Position numbers and translations under genes: made by a program. From Hypanus sabinus (taxonomy: Eukaryota): 64,000 nucleotides of DNA. Location of the stretch: the NCBI RefSeq assembly GCF_030144855.1, contig NC_082711.1:149668001-149732000 (forward strand), in the 5' to 3' direction. Shown here in pieces: positions 12,290 through 25,981 of this stretch (the first letter of the stretch is position 1; every line of letters begins with the position of its first letter). The notes beneath the pieces were generated by a model, which searched no databases, had not been told where the DNA came from, and worked only from the letters and a program-made list of their open reading frames with translations.

Positions 12290-12855
12290 ACATTCATTGC
12301 TTTACCCAAGATTTTGAGGGAGCTGCCAAAGATGTGCTTCTTTCTTATCTTCCGAAATTCCAGACATGTTTTGCACAGATTGGAAAACGGCAAATGTTTA
12401 AGGAGGGAAAGAGGGAGGAAAAAAATGGTGGTGTTGGCTTATCAATCTAACATCATCAGCGGGGAAATTGCTGCAATCTGTCATTGAGGTGGTCATCACG
12501 AAACAAAGGGCATTTTGGGAATAGGGCAGGGTCAAATAGATTTATGAATCTATGACCGGTCAGGGCATCAAGGGATATGATGAGAAGGCAGATATATGAG
12601 GTTGAGTGGGATCTGGGAGCATACTCGATGGGCTGAATGGCCTAACCCTGCTCCTATGTCTTGTCCTCTTGTGAAAGGAAAACCATAAATAGAAGCTGGA
12701 AAATGCACTCAGCCCCTCACATTACACAAGTAAATCTGAGTATTTTTGAGCTTGCACTTAGTTGAAGAGCTAAGGGCAAACCAGGAAATGCAGAGAGAGT
12801 TTAGACTTTCAGAAAATCTTCTATGAAGTGCAATAGAAGCCATTATTAAACACCA
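12290..12855 (+). mobile_element. Old CR1 RT fragment interrupted by a younger CR1 3' tail (~12555-12670)
   Basis: gattggaaaacggcaaatg (DWKTAN), ttagactttcagaaa (LDFQK); nested tail gatgggctgaatggcctaaccctgctcctatgtcttg. Confidence 0.6.
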
Positions 12856-13825
12856 TTCCAACAAGGGGAGTTGCTCTCACCACACAGTTTGATGTGAACG
12901 CTTGTACAGGAAATGATGTGTGTGTGTGTTTTTAAATCAGATGAAACAAGGGAAGGTGCAAAATCGAATAGATAGACGGTTTCACCATATCATTAGTTCT
13001 TGCTCTAATGGTGCACACAGCCAACAGAAACAATCTAAAATGGTTGATACCGGGGCACTGGCACAGATGTTGTCTAAGGGAGTGTGGTGGATGAAAAATT
13101 GGTGCCCCCTTGAGGGACACTGCTGTCCTGAATCGGCACACCAGGCATTCTCTTGGGGTATGGGGTGGGGGACAAAGTTGGAAGAACCTTCCAGCATTCA
13201 GACCATCCCATCAGTTTCCTTCTCCAGACTTGGAGCTGAGTCTGGCTGTAAACCCTGAATCTTTGCCCATGACAAAGGCGACAGAGAGTTTGAGTACTAA
13301 ACTGTGTTACTGCTTCTGCAGAGGGGTGAAGGAGTTCCACATGCCATACCTCTGCTCCTCTGGACAGTAATCTGATTGACAGGTGGAGAACAGCTAACTA
13401 CAGTCCTCTTGCAGAGCTGTAAATTGCCTGTTGGTTGCATTGCTCTCTCCACTGTGACAGCAACCTGCTGACATTAAAAGTTGCCCTTTAGAGTCAGAAC
13501 ACTGCTTCCTTGGAACTTCGAACTGTTCCTTTACAGCAGACTCCTTAGTTCCAGCTGGACCAGGGGAAGACTTGTGTATAAGCAGCTAGATTTGGTGTGG
13601 CTTCCAGCTATGCCTGCCCAACACCAGTCACCTGAAGTATACGCAATGGATGACAGGCCAGTGGCCAAATCCCACTGAAGAAACTTTTGTGAGCTTCTTG
13701 TTATCTGCTACATCTGTTGAAGCACATCTAACACATTACAAACCAGCTCAGCATACATCTACATCAAACTGAAAGCTTCCCAACTTTAGACCTGACCTGA
13801 GTATGTTGGAACAGTGCAGATGGTT

Positions 13826-14005
13826 AAAATCATGGAATCAGAGAGTTACAGCACAGAAACAGGCCCTTCAGTCCATCTAGTCCATGCCAAACTGTTATTC
13901 TGCCTAGTCCCATTGACCCACACCTGGACCATAGCCCTCCATACCCTTCCTAACTATATACTTATACAAACATCTTAAATGTTGAAATTGAACTACATTC
14001 ACCAC
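13826..14005 (-). mobile_element. CR1 3' fragment
   Basis: Reverse CR1 tail acagcacagaaacaggcccttcagtccatc. Confidence 0.75.
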
Positions 14006-14274
14006 AGTATACAAGGTACAAGGGGCTTGCTAGCTTGTGTTAATTCTCCAAGTAACACATTTCTCCTAAACTGTTCTGCTCATCCCTCAGCATGCCAGTC
14101 TCTGAAGTGTGATGTGGTGTCGGGAACTGGTCATGAGTAGCCCCTTTGCCTATGAGGAAGGGGTTCGTCGCTCAGCAAGGTACTGAAAACGTGTGAGTTT
14201 GTCGCTACCTCAGTGTTCTCCCTTTTACTTCTTGGTGCCTTAGAGTAAATGGATGAGGTAATGTTCACTGTGTC

Positions 14275-15440
14275 AGAGTCAATCACACAACAGGAAAATA
14301 GGACCTTTTAACCAACAGGGCCATGTTCAGCCAAGCTCATCTCATTAGTCTACATTTAGTCCATATGTTTTTAAATTTTTCAGATCCAGGAACATCTTCA
14401 AGTGTGTTTTAAATTATGTAATCATACGTGCCTCTACCATTTCCTCTGGCAACTCAATGCACATACCCATCTCCTTCTGTGGAAAAACACCCTCAGATCC
14501 CCTTTAAAGCTTCTCCTTCTCACTTTAAACCTGTACTGTCGAGTGTTAAACAACCCAATCTGAGGAAAAGTAGGATTGTGACCACCTACTCTATATCCCT
14601 CATGATCTGATAAACAGCTATAAAGCCCTCTTAGCCTCCTTCATTCCTGGGAAAGCAGTCCTGCTGATCCAATCTCTCCTTGTAACTCCAGCCCTCCAGC
14701 CCAGGCACTGTGTCAGACACTTGTTTCTGTACCCTTTCTACCTTACTCACCTCCTTCCCAGGGTGCCGTTACCAAAACTGCAAACAATTGTGGTCAACCA
14801 GCATTTTGTACAATTATAACATGATATCCAGTTGCTTCAAGTTGTCATCGCCAGGAGATAAGCTCCCGCGAACTATTAAATGCCCTCAATGGTCTGCGCT
14901 TCAAATAGCCTCTGACAACCAAGTTCTGGCCTTCAAGAGTGGCTTAACTGCCAAGCCCAGTGGATGCGATGTGACTTGGTGCTTGGCACAGACATTTCTA
15001 CTAATAGGGGAAGGGGCGCCTTAAAACTAGACGCTTCAGACAGATGGGACTCATCAGCCATGATTGCCAGCTCTTCCAGGAGAAGGAAAACTACCCTACC
15101 TTGTGGCTCTACCCACTCATGGGGAAGGCTTTGGGAGTAGACCTGGGGGAAAAATTAGGAGCTGTAGTCTTTACTTGAGCTCCACACTGATGGGCAATAC
15201 CTGTGGTGTCAGGCTCTGCCGTTCCTTCGAATTCATGAGCTGCGTGGAGGAGAGGAGCCTGCTGTTTGAGCAACAGCTCGCTCTTCAGGTCATACTGCCC
15301 TGCTTGCATATCAGGTAGACAGCTGGTTCTCAATATCCATGGTCGACACCAACCGACAGAAGGCCTCAATGTGATATCTCAACCCTTGCACTAAGTTCCA
15401 CGGCCAACAAAGCCAATCACATCACACACCTTCTTTGGGT
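14275..15440 (-). mobile_element. Old CR1 fragment, interrupted at 14829-15367
   Basis: Reverse CR1 tail at ~14280-14330 and body 'ttctgtggaaaaacaccc', 'accaaaactgcaaacaa'; CR1 sequence resumes after 15378. Confidence 0.7.
14829..15367. mobile_element. Unclassified ~540-bp non-coding insertion, probably a non-autonomous retroposon
   Basis: Splits a CR1 and is flanked by a degenerate TSD aacatgatatc (14818-14828) / aatgtgatatc (15368-15378); GC-richer than its flanks. Confidence 0.65.
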
Positions 15441-17236
15441 ATTGCCACTTCCAGGGATTTTGCACTTATTCCCTTGGTCCTCTTCATTATCTCTCATTTG
15501 GAAGATTGACTTTTGTGTGTGGAAGGAGTGAGCAACGATGGATTGAGGGCGTGTTGTGTTAGGGTGTGGATGGTGCAACAGACAGTATGCGAGTCTGTGC
15601 CCTGGTGCCTGTACGTTAGCGATGTGCAATTCATCTTGACATATCTTGACAAGTTATTGCCCATGGATTTTCACTCCCACAGGAGTCGACTTCGGCAACA
15701 TGGCATCTCAAAAGGATCCGTTTTTACCTCCCAGTGCACAAGATTACCCTCTTGGCATAAATTTCATTAACCTCCAAGTCCCTTAACAAATTCTGGAGCT
15801 CTCCCTCTCATCCCTGCAGTACCTTTCTCCTATGTATGTTGTTGCAGTCCAACTTCTAAATGGAGTGCGCATTTAAGGAATGACGCCCTCCTGTGATTAT
15901 TGTACAGCTTCTGAGTGCAGCCCTTAGGAGGGGGTGCATATCGTATTTCAGCACATCTTTCTGGATTCAAAACACCCAATTCTCAGAGGCTTTTTGGATC
16001 ATGACATTATTTTTTTGAGCTAGTCCAAATCAATAGTTAAACCCAACAATGATTTTGCCTACCAAAATTAGGCAAAGCCTCATTTCTCAACAAGAGGTTT
16101 TCGCACAGGAACTTTCATCTGTGTTCACTTTTCTCCTTTCTCTCCATTCCAGCTACTAAATGACTGCACAGAGGCTGACGCTCTCCTAGTTTAAACTAAA
16201 GAAGTCATTACATTCATGTGGGTAACTGAACCTTTTGAACCCGAGCCTTCTGTCGAGGCAAGGACTAAGCCGGCCTGGCAGGATGGAAAGAACTGTGGAA
16301 GAGCTTGGCAGCGGGTGATGCACCGCCGTTCGCAAGACACATGTTAGCTGCTAATTATTTCCCAGTCCCCACAGTTGAAATGGGTGATAAGTTGTCTCTT
16401 AGAGCAGAGCAGCGATTGAAGTGGTACGCTGTTCTTGATCATCTATTATCAGCAGCTGCCAGGATGCAGCAGTATCAGGTTGCGTGATAAAGCATCAACC
16501 TGACAGAGAGAAAAAAATCATCATCCCCTGCGAGTAGGCTCCTTCCCCTCATTAAATGTAACCTTATCGCTTGAACACTGCAATCCTTTGCAAGTGACAA
16601 TGGCATTTAATCTAATTTCTGAACAAGCAAATCTGACAGCGCCCTCGTTTTCTTTTTGCCTTCTAAAATATAAGTTAATCTGTCAGTTAGAATATATAAA
16701 AGAGGAAAAAAAGTACTCCATCTCACAAACAAAAATTCAGCTAGGGAATGAGAAGCTAGACACAACTCAAACAAAAACTCATGTATTAATTATGATGCCT
16801 TATCATGCTTTCACAGGTAGAATGGCTTCTCAAGGTTAAAGGTAAAGGAATATTAAACTTGCTGTGAATAGTGTTCAATTACATGCACAATTGACTATGA
16901 TGGCAATCGAAATCTGATTCCTCTTTTTGAAAGGGAAAAGGGAAAGACTGATAGCAGAGCTATGCACTGATTTACTGACTGACAACACCTAATTTCAGCT
17001 CTGCCTTGGCTTTGCACAGAGCAATCGTGTTCAAATCAAAATGTCAAAGCCCCATCTGTGCCAAGTACCAACTTACATCGCATCCATGGTGCTTATTCCT
17101 GTGTCAGCGTAACCATCTGCTTAACCCTAATGCTTTGTCTTTATGTGACGATTCCCCTTTCCTCCTGCTCCACTGAATCATCACAGGTCAATGGTTCAAT
17201 ATGTCCGTGCCTTGCTCTGCAGCCCAACCAAACTGA

Positions 17237-17500
17237 GGCAGCACGGTAGCGCAATGGTTAGCACCACACTTTTCAATAGTGGTGGCCTGGATTCAATTCT
17301 ATAAGGTGTTCTCCCCATGACCACAGGGTTTACTCCAAATTCCACCCACAGTCCAAGGACATACCAGTTGGTTGGTTAATTGGTTATTGTAAACTGTCCC
17401 ATGATTAGGGTAAGATTAAATTGGGGTTGGAGGTTGCTAGGCTGCGTAGCTTAAAAGGGCCAGAAGGGCCTACTCCATGCTTTTCTCAATCAATATATAA
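17237..17500 (+). mobile_element. HE1-like V-SINE (tRNA head, V-domain, CR1-like tail)
   Basis: ggtagcgcaatggttagc A-box, ggattcaattc B-box, V-domain ttctccccatgacc..cccacagtccaagga..taattggttattgtaaa, tail gggccagaagggcctactcc. Confidence 0.85.
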
Positions 17501-19424
17501 ATTCTTTAAGACCTTTAAAAACCCAAATGTCAATAGGTTATCCAGCTGAGGGCTTGGATTTCAATAGTTTTAAGCTTTTATTAAATCTTAGTGATACAAA
17601 CAGGCTTCCTCCACCAACAGCTCATTATCAGAACAGTACTTTGCGCAGTTACAAATATATTGCACTCAGAACTTGAGGCTTTCAGCTAGTCCTCAACTGC
17701 TGTACTGCTAGAGCCTAAAAAGCGATAGCAGCCTTGTAGACCCCCATCCATATTCCTGTTCTCCTTTTGTGTGATGCTGGACGGAAGGAGACAGCAGACT
17801 GTGCCTCACAGTAGGCATCACAGCTGCACCCTGGCTTGAAGAGATTAGCTGATGCAACTCTTATTTATCTTTCCTCTTTCTCACATCAGGAGGTAGCAGC
17901 TCATGATTTGCTGTAGCACAAGAAATAAACACAATGCCTTCCTGTTAAGGGTATAAAATGAGTACTTGACCCAAACCTGACCTGACCTAACCACAGCCAT
18001 CCTAACCCAGTCTGACCCCCAGTACATTTAATCTTTTCCATATCTGACTCCCCAAAAAAACATAACAAGCTCAACAAAACCATTGATAGTAAAACACCAA
18101 CAAATGATCAAGACACAGTACATGTGGCTCACTGGGAATATCACCCTGAGCTGGACAAATTTCAGAGCTTAGTCTATACTGTCAACTCAATATCAATAGC
18201 TTCCACAGAAAATATGCCTGATTGGATAACCAGCGTCTATTTTCAGTAACTTTTACTTTAATTTCATGTGAAGTGATTGAAGGAGATGAGGAACAAAAGA
18301 CCTTTTCACCCCCCAGTCTTATTCAATCTTGTGATGAGATAAGGGCCCTCAACTCTATTTTTCTGCCTTTGCTTCAAGTCCCTTGATATCTGTCACTCAC
18401 AAAAGCTGATCAATCAGTCTTGAAAGCTGCAATTGGCTGAGAACATAGAAACATTCAGGCAAAGTGAGTTGCAAATTCCAACGATTCTTTGTGCGAAATG
18501 GGTGTTTGAGAACCGCTTGCTGGTTTCATTGATACTGGAAGATTAATGATTGTCTTTAAACTGAAAAATAAAAAATTTGCATTATTGACAGCCGATCTTG
18601 TTGGTTTCGGTTCTCTTCAGAAGTAACTGGCTCCTCTCAAATAGAATATTTTGACAGCAACACTGAATCTTTCAAAGGAGGAAAAAAAATTCCCAAGCTC
18701 CAAATTTGCATTTACAACTCCCAGTTCACACAACTCATGCACAAATTCAACCACACTGTGTTGCAGAGGATAAAATATGACTAAGATTTTAAAAGAAAGA
18801 ACAAACAAAATCCGAGCAACAGACACATTGCCCGTCTTTCTTTGTGTGTAGTTTTCCATTGATCCATTGTGCTTCTTTATACTGTATGTCCATAAGAAAA
18901 TGAATCTCAGGGTGACATACAGAATATAGGGTTCTTCTGTTTAAAAGATGAAGTTGGCTGACAAGAGCTGAGACAGTGGTGAAAGTACAAACACTAGGTT
19001 CAGAGATCTTCTTCTAATTTGGGGAAAAGAATTATCTGTACTTGTATAATACACTTCCTGCCAACGTTAAGCATTCTGCATACCAAATTGCTTCACTGGC
19101 GCATGCTTGGATATAAAAACTTGACATTGAGGCCACGTAAGACGATGATTTAAAACAATGACAAAAGGCTGCTCTGACTGGCAGTTTTAAACTGAGGCAG
19201 AGAGTTTTAAGGTGGAAACTCCACGGCTCCAGGATCGAACTTGAAGTCATGGGTCTCCAATTAGAATTTACAGCAGAGGCCAGAAGTGGAGGAGTTTAGA
19301 GATTTTAACTGGCTCTGAAGGACGCTGCACAATGAGAAGGGGAATTAAGTCCCACTTGAAAGCGGCAAAGAACACTTTGTTAAATAATCAAGTAGTTCCA
19401 AAACAGAAACAAACTGAGTCACCT

Positions 19425-19700
19425 TCTCCTTTCCTTTCTCCTATGGTCCACTCTTTTCTCCTACCAAATTCCTTCTTCCCCAACCCTTGACTTTTCCCAC
19501 TCAGCTGACTTCACTTATCATCTTCCACCCAGCCTCTTTCCCCTCCCACCACCTTTTTATTCTGGCATCTTCCCCTTTCCTTCTTAGTCCTGAAGAAGGG
19601 TCTCGGCCCAAGATGTCAACTATCCATAGATGCCACCTGACCAGCTGAGCTCCTCCTCCAGCATTTTGTGTGGTTTACTTTGGATTTGCAGACTTGCTTG
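19425..19700 (+). mobile_element. Penelope-like pLTR fragment with degenerate hammerhead
   Basis: Pyrimidine-rich leader, then tagtcCTGAAGAagggtctcggccc-aagatgTCaact (19585-19621) and a tail ..ccagcattttgtgtg. Confidence 0.8.
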
Positions 19701-22700
19701 GGTTTACCAACAGAAATGAGCTTGCATATGGGGATTAACTGTATGATTCAAGGCAAGATCCACACTGGTTTGGAATAACTCATCCCCAAGTAGAAGAATA
19801 GGAATAAATTTTACTTTAAATTGAACACATTTTGAAGCCAGCTCCCTTTCAAGCAAAGCTTGGAACAAGGAAGAAATTCTTAGAAAAATGTGAAGACCCA
19901 TCTGCTCCCAAAACCACACCCATGACCACGGCCCATCTTAGTGAGTGCAAGCCTCAACAATTGTTACTCCACAATAAAAAAATCAATAGAATGGATTGGA
20001 AAATCAAAACACAAACAAAATGTGCAGTCACAGGAAATCTGTAAACCACAAATTACCAGAATGCGATTGCAAGCTGATTAGTTTAGGAAATCAGTACTGA
20101 GGCAGTGTGAAAATACAGCCCATTTCTGAAGAAACTATCAATATTTTATTTCACAATATAAATTAATATATTTTAAACTTTTTTTATAAAATTAAACTTT
20201 ATGTCAAAATAAATAACAATGAGCTTGTAAACATACATTAAAAACAGCAGACCTTGTGAAATATTTTAAATCTATAAACTGAAAAAATATTTTTGGTGCA
20301 TTAAACTTAACATGAACAGTTTGAGGTTGTACAATTTGAAAATCTGAGCAATGCTTTTTGATTCAGGTTCTTGTAAGATTTACTGAAAACATGTTGTTAA
20401 ATTGACTTGATTAAGTGTTACTAAAGTACAATACTGCAGTGCTAATTATGCATGGAAAGGCAGACAGGCCCTGCTAATTACAGGGGAGTGGACAACATGC
20501 AGGTGAGGCTAAAAAAATACTCAGCACTGAATCATGGAGCTTGTACTGTGGTGCACGTAGTGGGGAACCACTCCTACCCACGTGTTCTGCTGAAACATGT
20601 ATGTACCCCTGGAGGGTTTGGCAGGTCCCTGCTGACTTTCACTGTCAGAGTTCAGGTCAGTGGATAACATCTGTGGCTCCTGGTAAATCTGAACATCAGG
20701 CTCGCCAATTGCTCTGAATCATGCTAATTAACCAACCCACCAATTCATCGCTAGGTTTAAGGTCCATAAAAGAGGCAGCAGCTATATGTACAATGAGTCA
20801 TATTGGGCGCAGGTTTCCAATACTTCATTAACTTCCTAACCTCAGCCCGATAGAGAAACAGGAAATACCAGAAAAAAAATCAGCGTATCAGATGAAATCC
20901 ATGTAAAAAGAAATTAATAATATTTTCAGCTCAGACAGTCTTTGTCAGAATCCTCCATATTTCATAATTTTTTGATTTTCATTAACCTTTGTTTGATCTA
21001 GTAGTTTAATAGTGTGATGAATGAACCAGCACTCCTTTTAAGACCAACAGTGCTTCGAAAATATAATTAGTGAGATCGTCAGATGTCTACAATTTGCACA
21101 CCTCTTTTAAGAGAGTCATTGGTTTTAAGACTGGCAATATTTCATCGGTTCCGTGCACTTAGATATTGAATAACTTGATATTTTGATCTGATAATACATC
21201 CACTAACATTATAATTGTTGAATCCAAGATCCCCATCTGTAACAGAGATGGTATTTACTTAAATTCATTTGCATCCTTACAATGCCACTCTTCACTGACT
21301 AAGTCTAACTGCCTGGAGTGGTGATCTTCAGTCCTGAATGTCTCAAGTCACATGGTGAAGATGCTCTCATATTTAAGCAGGGAGTACTAGCATTCAGACC
21401 ACATAGCTACGAAGGAAGAATAATTTATTTCAAAATTTGTCTGGCTTCGTGCACCTGTGCTACCATCCAATAAAATAATTCCAGACATCTTATCTCAGTG
21501 CTGCTTACCCGGACTAACGCCGTATCCTTAATAAACTCTCTTCATATTCAAATATCCTTTAAACTCTCTCCCAAATATTTCGAAACACCACACCGCCACA
21601 GCCTTGTTGGGTGTACAATTTCAGAGATTTTTCCACCATCGGAATGCCTTCTCAGCCCAGTGTTGAATGGCTTTCCTCTTATTTTGAGACTGTTACTCAA
21701 CTCTGGAGACCCTGTCTAAGAAATACATCAACTCTAAATCCATCCTGTCAAACCCTGGTGGAACTGATGTATGCTTCTATTTTCATCACATTAATTCTTC
21801 TAAACTTAACAAACTTTAAGCCTACTCTGTTTATCTACTCCTCACATACTACTGCACACCTAAATGCTGTCCAATTTCTACCTCTGCCTCCCCATTTCCA
21901 GATATCATGGCTTTTTCCTTGTCTTTATTCTTCTTGGCAACAATGATTTTATATTCAGAAGATGGCTTGCAGTGAGACTGCAGCATATCCTGTACATAGA
22001 ACAGTTACAGCTAGAGTGGGAACATAATTTTACCCTGGTGGTTGGGTCATCAAAAGGTATTAGTGGTCCAAGAAATGAAAGGAGAAAACAACTTGTCATG
22101 GAAGTTTCCAAGATAAACCTTGAAAAGGTTGGTTTTTACAAAATATATCATCAGCTATTTTGTTGGCTTCAAACCTCAAAGGTATTAACATCCTCCTGCT
22201 CCACTCATCTGATTTTGTGCTTTGGTCCACAGGCCAGTGCAGATGACAGACAGGAAACCTGATAGATTCCAACATACATCCTGTGATGATATTCAAATAA
22301 ATGCCTCCTAGAAATTCACTAAAATCTAATACAATTATTTCACAATTTTCTCTCCACACAATGCTTTTAAAAGCAGCGGCATCAAAAAGTATTACTGGGT
22401 TGGAAGAAATAAATCCTTGTTGACAAACATTCAACTTGAGAGTCGTGTTTTTCACAGAAAGAAGCAACTCATTGAAGATAGCGGGTGACAGGTTGAATCC
22501 AGGAATGGTTAAAAAAAATACTGCTTGAAAACTCACTCTGAAAAATTCAGAGAACTTTGCTTTACATGAAGGTCCTTATTCTGAGGATATTTTAGAGTGA
22601 AGTCATAACAGAAAGTGCTCCAGCATCATTGCTAAACAAACACACCAGTCAACATCAGGATTTATTAGACCAATCCTTGCCAATATATGAAAAATTGTGT

Positions 22701-22789
22701 TCTGTTCCAAAATGTTGACTGTTGACATTTCTAGGCAGCTCATCATCATTAAAATGGTGCAACATGACATTCATGATATGTCCAATTTG

Positions 22790-23315
22790 CACATCAGAGG
22801 TTTGAGTGTAACAATCTAAAACAACCCCAGCCTGCAGAAGGGAGATTGCAGTTCCTGCATTCAAATGAGCCTTTAAACCAGGGCCCCATTTGATCCTTGA
22901 ACATAATGTAAAAGATTCTGTTGCACTATTTGTGGAGCAGAGATACCAAAAGGATGGAAATGCTCAGTATATCAAGATGCATCTATGGGAAGAGGAACAG
23001 AGTTGATGTTTTGGGTGAAAGCTATTTTCCTTTCCCATGGATGCTGCTTGACCGGCTGAACATTTCCAGATTTGAACATTTTAAAATTTTAGCTTTTAAG
23101 CATCTGCAGATTTTTTTTTGTTTTTTTTTCCCTCATAGAGTTTTGAGAAATATTTATCAAGTCAGTTACTGAGCAGAATGTTCTCTATTCAAATTGGATG
23201 CACACTGCATACAACGTTCCCTAAAATACAACAGCAACTTCTGAAGTACTTCACTGACGGTGGAGTGCTTTGGAAAGTCCAGAAAACTTTTACAGAAATG
23301 CAATCTTTCCTTTCA
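22790..23315 (+). mobile_element. Ancient DeuSINE-like SINE interrupted by a fold-back Penelope remnant (~22945-23120)
   Basis: taaaccagggcccc..tgtaaaagattctgttgcactattt and the tail gaagtacttcactgac..gctttggaaagtcc..acagaaatgcaatcttt; internal inverted gcatctatgggaag/cccatggatgc. Confidence 0.6.
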
Positions 23316-25732
23316 TTCCTGATTAGGTTTAAATAGTTTAAGAGAAGGTTCTTTTTAATGCCCTGCATAGATAACAGACACATAACTTCCTCAAACAACT
23401 TAACGTACAATAAAGCAGTCAGAAATGCGCAGGAGTGGCTGTTGTATGGGTAAGAACAACAGGCACGTTGCGTGCAACAAAATACCTTGTAGATTAATGA
23501 GATGAAGGTTCAGTCAGACCACAGGAATTGTAAACTGAGCTCGGCCACATGTTTGGAAGCTCATAGGGACAACGCTTAATTTGCAGCTTTCAGATATAAA
23601 CATCAGGCAACTTGAAAATAGCCATGCCCCATTAACTGCCATCACTGATAATTAGTTTTGTGCAGCATGGCTGTATTCAGATAACCCAAATCCAAGTCAA
23701 AATTAGGTTGGAGTCCCTGTAGGGACTTGTGCTATGTTTTAGATTGGTTCAAGTTCAGTGCAGATTTAAATATCTTTCAATACAATCAAAACACAATTAC
23801 CAGTGGTTCATAATCTCACTTTTGCCTCAGAGCAAAAGTAATAATTTCTTTAGTGTGCCCAGATCTACTGATATACTTCAAGGTTTTCCCGATGGGCACT
23901 TAATTTGTTTCAGAGTTCAGATTACAGGGCCAGAGGTCAGTTGCTTTCAAAAAATTGGACTCTTAAAAGTGTTGAGGAAAAGAAAGAAATGAGCAGAAAT
24001 ATATTTATTAAATATTGTAACTAGTGTCTCCTGCACAACAGAGAATTATAATTTCTGCTCCCTTCAAGTGTATATTTTAAAATAATAATTCAGATATAGT
24101 CCCTGTTTTTGTTTCACAAACTTCATTGAAAACCATAAAACTATTATTGAACTGACAAAGCGCACTGGACCTGCTTTCATTTGGTAAGGTTTCTGTGTTC
24201 CTTCACTGGCTGCTAAAGCTGGCTACAAACTCCCTTCCACGTACCAAACTTCGACTTAAATCTTCCTCAAAGGGCCAGTTACTGCAGCGGAAACAAGTCA
24301 TTACTTGTCCAGTCTCTGTGAAATACAATCTGAATCACCTCCCTCCCCCAAGTTCCCCTAGCGTTTGACAGGGTTGGTCCTGAAAGGAAAAGAACTCCCA
24401 GATCTGGATGTCTGCAGGCTTTGAAGTCCTGTGCCATCTCCAATCCCTGTGGAGAACCATCAACAGTGTCTCAGTTTTGTCACTTAAACACATTCATAAG
24501 GCTCCCTTCCTCGCAAGTCTGACAGAATAAACTCTGCGGGGAGTTTCTGGTGGTTGAACATTGCAACCACGTTTCACATCAGGTTCAAAGCTCCATAGCA
24601 AATTCAGTGAAGTAAAAGTAAGCCCTCCCAAAGGCATTTCATTTTGCCTTTCTTTTTCCCCTTTTCCCCTTAAGATTTTATCAATGCAACTGATGTTCCT
24701 GCCAGATGAATGATGGAGGTGTCTGGACCCTAGTCTCTGGATCACCTTTTATCAAAGAAATGTTATGATCAGCCCTAGGCTGTAACATCAAGCCTTTGTG
24801 ACAAATACTGCTGCGACTCTTGTTGAAGTTAAAATACCACACTTTACAGCAACTCATTCAAAGGTCCCTCTAGTTAATCAGCTGCATTGTGCAAATCAAA
24901 GATATTGTTTTCTCTTTCTCTTCACTGTTTTCCCTTTACCATTTTACAACTTTGTATCTTTTAGTCACAGGATCAAAGAGAAATACAGCTCAGAAACAGG
25001 CCTTTCAACCCATCTAGTATGTACCGAATAAAACTGAAGAAGTTCTTTATCACATCACAGTGACATAAAAGTCTGTAAACAAGAACAAGAACTGAAAATA
25101 TTCACAAAACAAACTTAGATCCCATTGTTAGCGCAACGCAACCCTACAAAGACAACATGGAATATTTTTGGGTTCTTTGAATATCCTGGACCCTGCAATT
25201 GCCTTCCATACCCACAAATTCCCAGCTCCGTTGGCTAAAGCCAAGCTTTCCTAAACAGCAACATCGCACAGCAGTGGATCATTTGTGTTATAAAGGCTTA
25301 AGCCATTCTGCCACATCTCTTCTTTTTCTTGTTCAGAGATCCAATGTAAGGCTTGAGTAAACTAACAAAATGTGAATCCACAGGAGTCTGCTTCCAGTAG
25401 AGCAGATTACAATTCAGAGGCAGCACCACGTGCTGGGCCTCTAAGATGATCATTTTTCTTTCTGTGTGGTAGTCCTGGTTAAGGAGATCAATGATCCTTG
25501 CACAATTCCCCTTTACTTTATGCTATTTCAGTTGCCTCAGACCAACTGATCTGCACTGAATGTATCACATCAGCAAATAAGAGCCTAACCTTCTTAAGTC
25601 CTGTACAAAATCAGACACTCTGGCCTGCGTCCCACTCTTACACCTCAATGGTTCCAACACACACTGTGCATCATTCATCTGAGCCCACTTGCCCAGCCAT
25701 AGCATCGACCTTTGCTTATTATTGGTGTCATT

Positions 25733-25981
25733 TCATTGGCTACGACTCATTCTCTGCACTCCCTCATTGGCTCCACTTGCTGTGCTCTCTCATTGGCTCC
25801 AGCCCACTCTCTGCACTCCCCAATTGGCTTCAGCCCACTCTCTGCACTCGCCCATTGGCTCCACTTGCTGCACTCCCCGATTGGCTCCAGCCCACTCTCA
25901 TACTCCCCCATTGGCTTCAGCCAACTGTATGCACTCCCCCATTGGCTCTTTGCTCCCTTACTGGTTTCTGCCCATTCCCCC
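25733..25981 (+). repeat. Minisatellite with units of 31/26/31/31/26/30/31/20 bp, each containing ATTGGCT
   Basis: Units start at 25733, 25764, 25790, 25821, 25852, 25878, 25908 and 25939; consensus ccattggctccagcccactctctgcactccc. Confidence 0.92.

Noticed and set aside
12900-13800. ORF cluster (112, 88, 86 aa) suggesting an exon or element
   Set aside because: No recognisable motif or splice structure; possibly a decayed repeat, but unsupported.
25733-25981. CRISPR-like array
   Set aside because: Units are tandem with no unique spacers, there are no cas genes, and the DNA is vertebrate.
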